In this document: piece by piece, positions 51,330-62,185 of the stretch
How the letters are laid out: each line of letters opens with the position of its first letter
Numbering within the stretch: position 1 is the stretch's first letter
Source of the DNA: Felis catus
Lineage: Eukaryota
Direction: 5' to 3'
NCBI RefSeq assembly: GCF_018350175.1
Contig: NC_058368.1
Span: forward strand, 76,014,001-76,078,000
Length of the DNA stretch: 64,000 bases
Notes under the pieces: generated by a model
What the model saw: only the letters and a program-made list of their open reading frames with translations
What the model was told of the DNA's origin: nothing
Database searches by the model: none
Translations under genes and position numbers: made by a program

Positions 51330-52175
51330 TTCCTGCTGTACCTCAGATTAGTTACCAGAAATATGTATATTCAGATGTACAAAAAAGTAGAATGTTACTG
51401 AAAGAAATACTACACAATATGCTTTTGCAAAAGAAAAGCGAACCTGGATGGGAAAATTTGGCTGTAAGACACATTATACTTGATTCTGTCCTCTACCTTA
51501 ATCAATTTTTGTCTGAGTATAAAACTCTGGGATCACATGTGTTTTCCCCTTCTTTTTTTTTCTTCCTCTTCCTCCTCCTCCTCCTTCTTCTTTTGCAAAA
51601 CATTTTGAAATTGTTTCTTCATTATCTCTTTATTTTCTGAATTCAAGTACACAAGAGAAGTCCAATTGTTATTTCTTTGGGGGCAATCTTTTTTCTCACT
51701 TTTAGCTTTCTAAAACATGTATTTGGATGTTCTACGATTTATTACTCTGTGCCTTGGTGTGGATTTCTTTTCAATTATTTTTCTCAGTACCAGTCCCACA
51801 CATCTGATCTGAAATTTCATGTTTTTCTTCACATGTGGCAAATTCCCCACTCTTTTTTCAAATCCTGCTTCCCTTTTATTTTCTTTCTCCTCAGACTTTG
51901 GGCACATTCTAGAGGCGCTCCATCACACTCTATCTCTTCACTGTTGCTCTATACAGTATGTGTTTGTGCACACAGGTATGCAGTTCCTTAGTATAGCTTC
52001 AGTATATTCTCTATACTACATTCTGGGTGAATTCTTTCCTGGATCCAGTGTAGAAACCACCTCTCCAATATTTTTGTGACAATGGCATATCTTCCATTTC
52101 TAATATATCTACTTTGTGTTTTGCTGTAGCCACGGATTTATTTCTGCATATGTTTCCTAACTTTTTTAAAAAGTC
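51330..52175 (-). mobile_element. old L1/HAL1-like remnant
   Basis: TTTTGTCTGAGTATAAAACTCTGGGATCACA and similar antisense ORF1-region motifs. Confidence 0.55.
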
Positions 52176-52185
52176 ATTTACAGTT

Positions 52186-52410
52186 GGGGCCGCCTGGGTG
52201 GCTTGGTGGGTCAAGGTCTGACTTTTGATTTCAGCTCAGGTCATGATCTCATGGTTTGTGAGTTCAAGTTACACATCTGGCTCTGTGTGGACAGGGCAGA
52301 GCCTGCTTGGGATTCTCCATCTCCCTCTCTCTCTGCCCCTCCCCCAGCTCTCTCTGCCCCTCCCCCAGCTCTCTCTCTAAATAAATAAACTTAAAAGAAA
52401 AAGAACTTCA
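52186..52410 (+). mobile_element. CAN-SINE with internal 21-bp tandem duplication
   Basis: CTCTCTCTGCCCCTCCCCCAG present twice. Confidence 0.93.
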
Positions 52411-52424
52411 AAAATAAAATATTT

Positions 52425-52765
52425 TTTTTTACCTTTAATATAGCTGACACAAAATGTTAAGTTAGTTTCAGCTACAACATAGTGATTCCACTTCTCATGC
52501 TATGCTCAAGGCAAGTGTTGCTGCCATCTCTCACCATGCGACACTATTACAATCTCACTGACTATATTCCCCATGTGGTACCTTTTATCCCTGTGACTTA
52601 TTCATTCCATAACCGGAAGCCGTATCTCCTATTCTCCTTCTCCCATTTTGCCCATTGCCCCACCCCCAGATTGTTCTTTGTATTTAGAGGTCTGATTCTG
52701 CGTTCTGTTTGTTTATTCATTTGTTTTGTGTTTTTGGATTCCATGGATGAGGGAAATCATATGCT
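52425..52765 (-). mobile_element. carnivore L1 3' UTR fragment
   Basis: TAATATAGCTGACACAAAATGTTA...ACAACATAGTGATTC...CCCATTTTGCCCATTGCCCCACCCCC. Confidence 0.85.
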
Positions 52766-52800
52766 TGCCATCGTAACCTTTTTGTTCTCTATATGGATGC

Positions 52801-53301
52801 TGTGGTAGACAAATCAATACACATGTTGTTTCCCCATGGCCTGACCTTACTCAGTATCTAGTCCCAGGACCTGTAAATGTATTACATCGTATGGGAAAAG
52901 GGACACTAGAAATGTGGTTAAGTTCAAAATCTTGACATGGGAAGATCATCTTGGATTATTTAGGTGGGTCCAAAGTAATTCCAAGAACTCCTACACTGCT
53001 GAATAGCAGGAGTGTGAGAGGAAGCTGTGAGGAGGTGACTGCAGCAGGGGTCAGAGAGATGGGTTTTGAAGACAGAGGGAGAAGCCAAAGCCAAGGAATG
53101 CAGGCGACTCCAGGAGAAGAAGGAAAGGAAACAAATTCTCCCCTAGGGGCTCCAGACGGAAGTATCCCTGCTAACACCTTGAATTTACCGTGGAGACACC
53201 CATATCTGGATTTCTAACCAGCTGTAAGAAAACAAATGTGTGTTGTTTTAAGCCACTAAGTTTGTGACGATCTGTTACAGAAGCAACATGAAACTAATAC
53301 T
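52801..53301 (+). mobile_element. MaLR solo LTR, MLT1D-like
   Basis: TGTGGTAGAC start, GGATTATTTAGGTGGGTCCAA, TTTTAAGCCACTAAGTTTGTG...GAAACTAATAC end; TSD GATG(C/T). Confidence 0.88.
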
Positions 53302-54077
53302 GATGTTACATCTTTTTAAAACATATATTAACATATCTTCGTATTGAGCATCTTTCATATTCTATTTGTTTTATTATACTCATTTTATCTGAAGTGTATT
53401 CATCTCTCTCCTTTACCCACTTTTGCTCTGTCTCATTAGAGATAGGGGTCTTACTGTTTTGCTTCTGCCTCCATCCTGCCTGCCCCGAGGCCTCTATTCC
53501 AGAACTATGTATTAGAACAGCACCAACCTTTCCACCATGATGTTAGGCTATCTCAGGTCCAGTAGTATATCCGACAGACACCCTGGCCTTATCCCAGTTA
53601 CGGTCGTCAGCTTCCTCATTTTTCCTACAAAAGTCTCACTTACCTAAGCCTTAGCCCCAGTGATGATCAGCACTACGTATCCTTCCGGCAACATCTCTCA
53701 AGTCGGGTAGCCCAACCCCAGTATCTTATTTTCAGCAGCGGACCTGTTTCCGGTTACTCGCCTTGTATGCGGTATCCTCCCCGGTGCCCCAGAGGGGACA
53801 CGCATAGCACTACTCACGCCTGCCTCTAGACCCGAGACTGGGAAGCCTGCAGCCTTAGCTCCATTTATCATTGCCCTGTCTTCCTTATTTCTGGCACAGT
53901 GATATGCTTATTTTGCTCTGGTTATTTAAATGCTCTCTTTATATTCCATATCTTACTTTTTTTTTTTTTTTTCTGTAGCTGGGGTTGGGGGGAAGGCAAC
54001 GTCTCAAAACTGGAACTTAAAAAAAGGTCACCACAAATGAGCACCTGTACTCATTGGCTGACAACAGTTTCATTTTG

Positions 54078-54292
54078 TTTTTTTTTAAATATTTATTTAT
54101 TTATTTTGAGAGAAAGAAAGAGAATGTGTGGGGGAGGGACAGAGAGACAGGGAGAGAAAGAGAAAACCCAAGCAGGCCCTGCACTGTCAGCGCAGAGCCC
54201 GACCCAGGGCTCGATCCCACGAACTGTGAGATAATGACCTGAGCCGAAGTCAAGAGTCAGATGCTTTACCGACTGAGCCACCCAGGTGCCCC
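54078..54292 (-). mobile_element. CAN-SINE
   Basis: TSD AACAGTTTCATTTT. Confidence 0.96.
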
Positions 54293-57200
54293 AACAGTTT
54301 CATTTTAAAAAGAACCCATGGTAAGAGACGAAAGAAAATAAGTACTATAAGGTAGCCAGGCAAAACTGTTCTCTCTTCCCACGCCAATGCAGATTAACGA
54401 GTAATGCTTCCCGGAGCACTGTGCTGAGAACGATCCCTGGCTTACACCTGTTCCCCTATGGCAAATGTGTCATGTTCGGCTAATGATTCCTGCCGTGCGT
54501 GCTGAGGTAGCATGTGCCCCTCCCTCATGTGATATATTTGTCATGACGCAGACAGAACCCTGTTGTGGAAGTTACGATTACTCAGCTTCATACAACACAG
54601 TTGACCCTGAATTAACTAGGAACTCAAAGGTTCAAAAGGAGCTAGGGAAACATTCTTTGGATGAGTCAGGGTAGACCACCTCCCGGCACCCCTCAGCATT
54701 TCAGTGAAGAGTCACGTTGATAGCGTGTCAGTAGAACCTTCTAGAAACAGTGTTGGCACAAGAGTTATCATATTGTCTCCTATAAGGCAGCAAACTTCAA
54801 GTACAGTCTGAGAGTCAATGGAGAATACACCATTACAAGTTTAAGGTTCCTCAAACTTCTGTAGAGATCCAAGATCAATATTTTCATGCTTTCCATCGTG
54901 TTCCAAATGGATCCTAAAAAGGATGCTCTAAATACTTTACATTTCCTTTTAGTCTTGTTAAACAAATCACAGCAACAAGATGTGGAAGTTTGGCAGACCC
55001 AGAACCATAAGTAGGTCTGTAAATATAGGATATCTTTTGTGGTCTGGCAGTTTTAATGTGCTTTACACATATGGGATGTATATATTTCTACAGGTCTTTG
55101 GGGATGGATTTATTTTTTCAATACGCATGTATCTATACGCGGATTTATCTATATCTGCATATGTTGTTCAAGTTAAAACTCATATCTATAAAGACACGAA
55201 GATAACTTAGGTGACAGTAAAATTACAGATTGTTCATTGCTATTTCAGGAATAGAACACTTTTAGCTATCAAAAATCATGTGGACATTGATCTCAAAGAA
55301 GTAAAGAAAAAATAAATTTATTCCCTAACTGAAATGAGCATTGATTTAAAAACTTAGCCTAGGTTGAAAATTTGCTTAACAAAATTTCATGAGTATATTA
55401 TTCCCACTATGACAAATAATTTACAGATAACTAAAATATATAGCAAAATGCCAATATGCTTTTAATAATCCACAGCATGGTGATGGCAAAGTTGTAATTG
55501 TAGTTATAAATAAAGACTTTTAGAAAGCCACTCGACTCATTTATTGCCAAGCTCTCCTGCTTTGCCAAGACCCTTGAAAATAAAAATAAAAATAAAACTT
55601 GTTTATACCTTAGATTTGCCTAATATTTAAGTGATGGCCCGTGATAAGCCTGACTGCAAACGTTTCAATTAGTTAGAAATATCATTTCTGATGATATATT
55701 TTTCCTTCTTACATATTCTTTCACATTTGACTGGGTCTTTTTTGCATGAAGCCTTGATTTAATATCTCCAACTTGAAATATTACACTTCCCTTTCGGTTC
55801 ATTTGGTTCCACAGCACAAATGTAATCTCAAGTTTATCACTGGCTCTTGGACAATATACATTCTACTCACAAAGCAAGCAAACTCGGACCTCTGCTTTTC
55901 CACATACACCCACAGGATTTCTTTCTTACTTTCTCTCCTCAAGGCTATGAGCACTGAACAATCCAAATTAAAATACAAGGTCTGACTCTGTTCTTTTCAA
56001 AGATTGTTAAAGCCAAGAAAGTAAAAGGGACATGGATTTAAAACAAACAAACAAACAAATAGTTCTCTGGTTCCTGACAAACACTCCCTCCTAGTTTCAT
56101 GTTGTTAACTTTTCTTTTCACGCCCTTTGGGAGGAAAAGAGTTACCGGTTAACACTGGCAAATGTGGGCATCATTCAAGCTATTTTAATGCACACACGTG
56201 AATATAAACAGAATTCCAAACAAAACATCAGAGCAACTACGCAGGCAGGAAAGAGGCTTGTCACTTACTGACTTAATGGAAATAAGCATACATGTTCACC
56301 TGTGTGTCTGCATGTCCTTACAGAAGTAGGGCGTCTACTCTGGAGAACGGCAGCCATGCAAACGGATATGTTTGCAAGAGCTGAGTGTCCAGAGTTCCAG
56401 ATCAAAGTCAAGAGCAACATAGTTATAACTTCTTTGTGATGCCGAATCATCAAATGATCTCTTCTTGAGGAAAAATTCTTTCTTTCTTCTGTTTTTTTTT
56501 TCTTTCTACTCTTACTGAGATTGCATGTGTAGCGAAAGAAAAAGAATTGCAAACTTGGACACCTGCTTCCATTACTAAAAAGTCAAACTGGGGTATTGCA
56601 GGTCCTATCTTAGTGTCTCTGCTTATCCCTTTAGGTCTTTTATACTAATGAATTCTCAGCCTCATTCAGTCCCAAGAGGTCTAATACTAATACAGCAAAG
56701 AATTACCTGGTATCATTAGTTTGTATTATCTACATTTCCGTAACTTTCCATTTTAGTAGCCCTCTAAATTAATACCACTTGCTTCTATTATATTTTAAAA
56801 CTCTATTTCCACCAAGAAAAGGTGATTCAATTGAGAAGAAGCAAAGAACAAGAGTCAGCCTTTCTAAAGATACGGTTGTACATGCACAATCCCTGGAAGA
56901 AGATAGAAAAAAGAAAAAAAAACCCACTAAACTAGGTACCAAAAACAGAAATAAGCCCGAGTACTTTTCAGGGTGTACCTCACAATGTTTAGCTTCACAG
57001 AAATCAAGCCCTGGACTTGGTGTCACCACTCAGCCATTTATCAGGGACTTTGTGCTCTTCTCCAGCATAAAGATTAAAGAGATATTTTATATACTTGAAA
57101 CTTTGATACCTTTGAATGACTTGAGGATATTTTTTGGCACGTTCGAGCTCATATTCATTACTATCCAAATTCCATTTCATTATACATAGCTCTAAAACAA

Positions 57201-58049
57201 AAGGCTAAGTTTCTACAAAAGAAATGTTTGAATCTGTGCTCATTCATTTTCACGGCCATGTCGGCATGGAAGTAATCTCTTTTATCAGCGTGGAAAATGT
57301 CAAGCTTCACTTTCTGTTTGGGAGAGCTTTGGGAACCAGCAGGTGCTACGACTGCAGGGAACATACTAGAACTCACAGGTTAAGTGACCAGCCCAAGAGC
57401 ACACAGAAAGGAACGACTACTTTGCAGTAGATCCCATATCTCCTTGCTACCATTCTCAAAGTGTAAGTACAAAGACATGCTATCATCAGGGAACATGAGC
57501 TTTAAGACGTATCCTGAAAAACTAATTTTAGGATTTTTTTTGCAATTAAATCTCTCCAGTTAAAATTTTGCAGAAGTAGCCAAAAGCTACATTTAAACAA
57601 AACAAACATAACCAAATGGAAAGTAAAACATAGACATCCCTGACATTACATTGATAAAGCAAATGTTCTGGGTGGCAGCCAGAAATTTGTAACGTTCGTG
57701 CAGGTGCCGTCTGTTGTCAGACACACATTTTTCTTTTTCTTTCATGTTAGTGCACGTATGTCTTCTTATATTTGTCCAGTGCAGTCTCTTTTCTACTATC
57801 TGTGAAACACGACATAAGTAGCAAGGGCAAGCAAATGAAATTTTAGCATTTAATTAGCCAAAATATAAAAGCTTCGTATCTACTGATAAATTTTCACAAA
57901 TCAAGAAAAAGTGATTTTAAAATACCCCAGTGCACAATAATGAAGAACTCACGTCCGAGCATAGGACAGTGAGGGAAGACTGTGAACTCAGTTCCTCTTG
58001 CACAGAAGACAAGGACCCACCAGCTTTTGGTAAAGTGGTAAAGTGGCTT

Positions 58050-58885
58050 TGAAGGCGGGTTCCATAAAGCGGCCTAGAACTCAGGTTCTGGTAAGGCATC
58101 CTAAAATGCGGGTTCCAGTAGAGCGTCCTGGAATGGTTGCTCTGGTAAAGGACCTAGAATGCCAATTCCAGTAGAGCTTCCTGAACTCGGGTTCCGGTAG
58201 ATTGGCCTGGAACGCTGGTTCCAGTAAAGCAACCTAGAACGCGGGTTCCAGTGAAGTGACCTAGAACACGGGTTCCAGTAACCTGACCTAGAATGCAGGT
58301 TCTGGTCAAGGTTCTAGAATGCCAATTCCAGTAGAGCGTCCTGAACACGGGTTCCAGCAGATCAGCCTGGAACACCGGTTCTGGTAAAGCGACCTAGAAT
58401 GTGGGTTCCGGCAAAGCGGCCCAGAACACCGGTTCCAGTAACCTGACCTAGAATGAGGGTTCTGGTAAAGCGGCCTGGAACATGGGTTCTGGCAAAGTGC
58501 CCTAGAACATGTTTTCCAGTAAAGCAGCCTAGGATGTGGGTTCCGGTAAAGTGACCTAGAATGCAGGTTCCAGTAACCTGACCTAGAATGCAGGTTCTGG
58601 TAAAGAACCTATAATGCTGATTCCAGGAAAGCGTCCTGAACACATCTTCCAGTAAGTGGCCTAGAACACAGGTTCTGGTAAAGCAACCTAGAACGCGGGT
58701 TCTGGTAAAGTGCCCTAGAATGTGTCTTCCAGTAAAGCAGCCTAGAAGACGGGTTCTGGTAAAGCGGCCTAGAACACGGGTTCCAGTAAAGCGACCTAGA
58801 ACCCGGGTTGTGCTAATGTGACCTAGAACGCGGGTTCTAGTAACGTCAGGTTCTAGCACGCAGGTTCTGGTAACCTGACCCAGAG
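58050..58885. repeat. 27-bp minisatellite, about 31 diverged copies
   Basis: Consensus approx. GGGTTCYRGTAAAGCGRCCTAGAACRC; 9-aa periodicity (TGTRVLGRF) in the minus-strand ORFs. Confidence 0.95.
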
Positions 58886-58902
58886 CACTTTCTCGGGACC
58901 AT

Positions 58903-59781
58903 ACTTTCTGCAGAAGAGTGACTGAATTGAGTTGTCTGCTAAATTGAATTGAAAGCTAAAGTGGCTTTCCCTTTGAAAAGGAATCGGATGTTATAGTGAC
59001 TCTTGTCGCAGAGCATTAAACAGCTCGCCCCAAATAAAGCACTTCAGGGGATGGCGTGACATCTGTAAAGTGTGAGGAGAAAATATTCACTTTCGCCTCA
59101 GCAAAAAGCACCACCTTGATGCTGAGCTCCTATGTGGGCCATTGAACAGGACTCAGTCAGATGCAGCCTGCAGGCCGGCAAGGGAGTTCTCAGCCCATCG
59201 CGTAAAGAGAAATCGAGAAAGGAAAGCAGACATAGCCTAAAAATTAAAAAGGCTATCGTAGACACGGCATGCAAAAACACATATTTTAGGCAAGAATATG
59301 CTAATGGCTGAGGGAAAAAATAATATACCAAAGTTTACATAAAATCGAGGCTAAGAGTGACAACATGTATTTGATAGCAAATCTATTGGAGGGTATTGGT
59401 GAATACAAAGCTGAATCCAAACAGAACAGTCATATTTCACAAAGCTCCGATTATGCTTATCTATGACTGTTTACGTTGTTTGGCTAATTCAATCCATAAC
59501 AAGAGTCCAGTGACCCAGGAACATAACTGTACTTCCCCTGCTGAGGCACGGTTGGGTATCTGTTGTCATTCCTTTGCAAGTTCTTGCAGTACCCACGTTT
59601 TCCAAGAGTAAATGTTTCCTCCATAAACTTTATAGCTGTCACGCCATCCCTGACGTGCTTCACGTAGGGCGAGCTGTTTAATGCTCTTCTACAAGAATCG
59701 CTATAACATCCTAATTTTTTCCAAATGGAAAGCCATTTAGCTTTCAATTCAATCCAGACTGGTTACTCTTCTGCAGAAAGT
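58903..59781. repeat. diverged inverted duplication (arms 58903-59091 and 59607-59781)
   Basis: Collinear exact reverse-complement blocks of 17 nt (58903-58919/59765-59781), 18 nt (58943-58960/59736-59753) and 21 nt (59010-59030/59667-59687). Confidence 0.93.
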
Positions 59782-59798
59782 TTTCAAAATTCCATGTT

Positions 59799-59801
<3 letters not shown>

Positions 59802-59839
<38 letters not shown>
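59802..59839. repeat. (CA)n microsatellite
   Basis: Read directly from sequence. Confidence 0.95.
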
Positions 59840-59841
<2 letters not shown>

Positions 59842-60779
59842 GTGCGCGCCCGCAGACACACCCATCCCACGGAGCAACTGTAGTAACCGCCCTTTATTAG
59901 AAGCAAAGTTGACAGAAGAATTATAGAAACTTAGAAAATGTTATTTGGGTATGTGCTGATGTGGAATCTGAGACGTTCTGAAAATAATAACATGGATTCT
60001 AACCCACACGAGAGATCAGGCCCATATATAACAGTATGGCACAAGGACAGTGAGGGGTCCCTGGAAGAGACCTGTCAGAACTGAGATCCTATAGGAAGGC
60101 ATGACACTCTGGATGAGACATTTCGCCAGCCCGCCAGGGACGAGGAATTAGAAGTTAGTACCTGAAGCCCTCTAGATATTATATGCATTGAATATATAAA
60201 ACAAAATAGTAATGACTTTGTAACTCATATGATACGATATGGATTCTATACACCTAAAGTTATTCTCTTTTGTGATCTCTATAAAATCCATAGCAAATAT
60301 TGGATTCTTTAGATTATTACATAAAACACTTGGGCTTTGTGGATGTTAATTCTCTAAGAAAGTCAGGTTTTGACAAAAATTGGACAGAAACATATTAGCG
60401 ACATCCCTTAAAAGAAATTTCCCAGAGTGCGATTTGATCTAAGCGCCCCTCGTATGACTGCCTTAGACAGTCCCACGACACAACTCTTATAATAGAAGAA
60501 TTATTGGTAACAACTTCTTTTACTTTCAGTTTTGTTCTGGTTTCGAAAATAAATGATGTGGTGACTGCTTCCATAGCCAACCACTCTTCGGTGCCTTCAT
60601 TGTACACTGCAGATAGAGCACTTAGCTGGGTAATCCTGGACTGCAAACTTAAAGCAGGCAAAAAGTCACCTAGAGGAAACATTTAAACATAGATGATTGG
60701 GCTACAACCACAGATATGATGTTATAAAAAGCTTGAGGTGAGAGGATTTGGGGAAGACAAGGCATAGGAAGTACCAGAG

Positions 60780-62185
60780 ATCTGTTTTCCCACACAAACA
60801 TTGCACTGGCTGCATCTGATCCAACTATTTTGAAACTCTGGAGTCTCCTGGAGGCTGGCAGCATCGGGAAGAAGTCTTGGACAGTAAATCGTGGTTGATC
60901 TCGGTCACTATAAGCTCTTAGCACAGCGACAGCTACCCACCCTCCACCGCTCAGCTCCACAGCAAGCAGCTGTGCACGTATCCCTAAAGCAGCTTTGCAC
61001 ACAGCTTACAAAAGCCAGGGCAGGCCACAAAAGGACTCCAAACCTTGGGGACCCGTGGCCTGATCACTGACTGCTGCTTCTGATCACAGAAGTGAACACA
61101 AAGGGGCAGTAGCCATCTCCATTGTACTTCCCTCCACGGCAGCAAAGCCCTCCCCTCTGGCGGAGGTCACTTCCAAGGGATTTAAAGGGCAACATCTTTA
61201 CCTCCCACCTTCATTCTTAGATTTTTTCCCCCTTTGGGGAGCCAGGCATACAAGAGCAGAACACTCAAAGGCAACAGGATATATGGGGAAATTAGAAAGT
61301 CAGCATTCACACACAGGGGAACACAGAGGCTGCAGGGAAGACCCAAGAGCTTACGTTTACACTCAGGCTGCTACTCACCATAGAGAGAGTAGACAGCAAT
61401 CAGAACAATAAAAACAGAAAAGGTAAACCCTGGAGAATGGAGACAAATGATATCTAGCGTTGCCATCTTATTAGATTGGAGCATCCAACGTTCAATGAAG
61501 AAATCACAAGTCATACGAAGAAACAGAAAAAGTGTGGCCCATTCAAAGGAAACAAAAACAACAACAGAAACTGTCCCTTAAAAAAAAAATCTGATCGTGC
61601 ATCTACTAGACAAACATTAATTTAAAAAAAAACTGTCTTAAAGATGTTTTAAAAACTAAAAGAAGATGGGGAGAAAGTCAAGAAGATGATGTATAACCAA
61701 AATGCAAATACCAATAAAGAGAAAAATCTAAAGAGGGGTACCTGGGTGGCTCAGCGGGTTACGCGTCAGACTCTTGGTTTTGGCTCAGGTCACAATCTGA
61801 CGGTTCATGAGTTCGAGCCCCGAGTCAGGTTCTAAGGTGACAGCACAGATCCTGCTTGGGATTCTCTCTCTCCCACTTTTTCTGCCCCTCCCCTGCTCAC
61901 TCTCTTTCTCTCAAAATAAATAAACTTAATTAAAAAAAAAAAAAAAGAGAAATCAAACAGAAATTCTGGAGCACAACGGTGCAATGACCCAAGTAAAATA
62001 CCGTCTAGAACAATACAAAGGCAGACGCGGGTAAGCAGAAGGAAGACCCCACAATTCTGGGCACAAAATGACAGGGCTTGCTGGGTCTAGGAAACAGAAA
62101 TAAAAACACTAAACAAGAGTGAACAGAGCCCAAGGGACCTGTGGGGCACAGGTGAGCAGACGACCACATGCTCTAGTACTCCCAG
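60780..62185 (+). mobile_element. old L1 5' region/ORF1 remnant
   Basis: GAAACAGAAAAAGTGTGGCCCATTCAAAGGAA; AAACAGAAATTCTGGAGC; GAACAGAGCCCAAGGGACCTGTGGGGCAC; 5' boundary uncertain. Confidence 0.75.
61735..61946 (+). mobile_element. CAN-SINE
   Basis: GGGGTACCTGGGTGGCTCAG head, A tail. Confidence 0.94.

Noticed and set aside
56779..57189. 136-aa lysine-rich ORF
   Set aside because: Driven by A-rich sequence, non-ATG start, no homology recognised.
58660..58840. Steroid-receptor response elements in the minisatellite
   Set aside because: The dyad is AGAAC-N4-GTTCT, one base shorter than the AGAACA-N3-TGTTCT consensus.
58154..58859. 165-aa and 73-aa repetitive ORFs (TGTRVLGRF)n as a gene
   Set aside because: A 27-bp unit without a stop stays open automatically; the frame breaks at 26-bp units and there is no splice or promoter support.
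58050..58885. CRISPR-like array (periodic, partly palindromic ~27-bp units)
   Set aside because: Units are contiguous with no unique spacers, no cas genes are present and the context is mammalian; it is a minisatellite.
60395..60682. 95-aa minus ORF after a tttcctctag acceptor-like site
   Set aside because: No recognisable homology, no linked upstream exon, and an equally plausible overlapping plus-strand frame.
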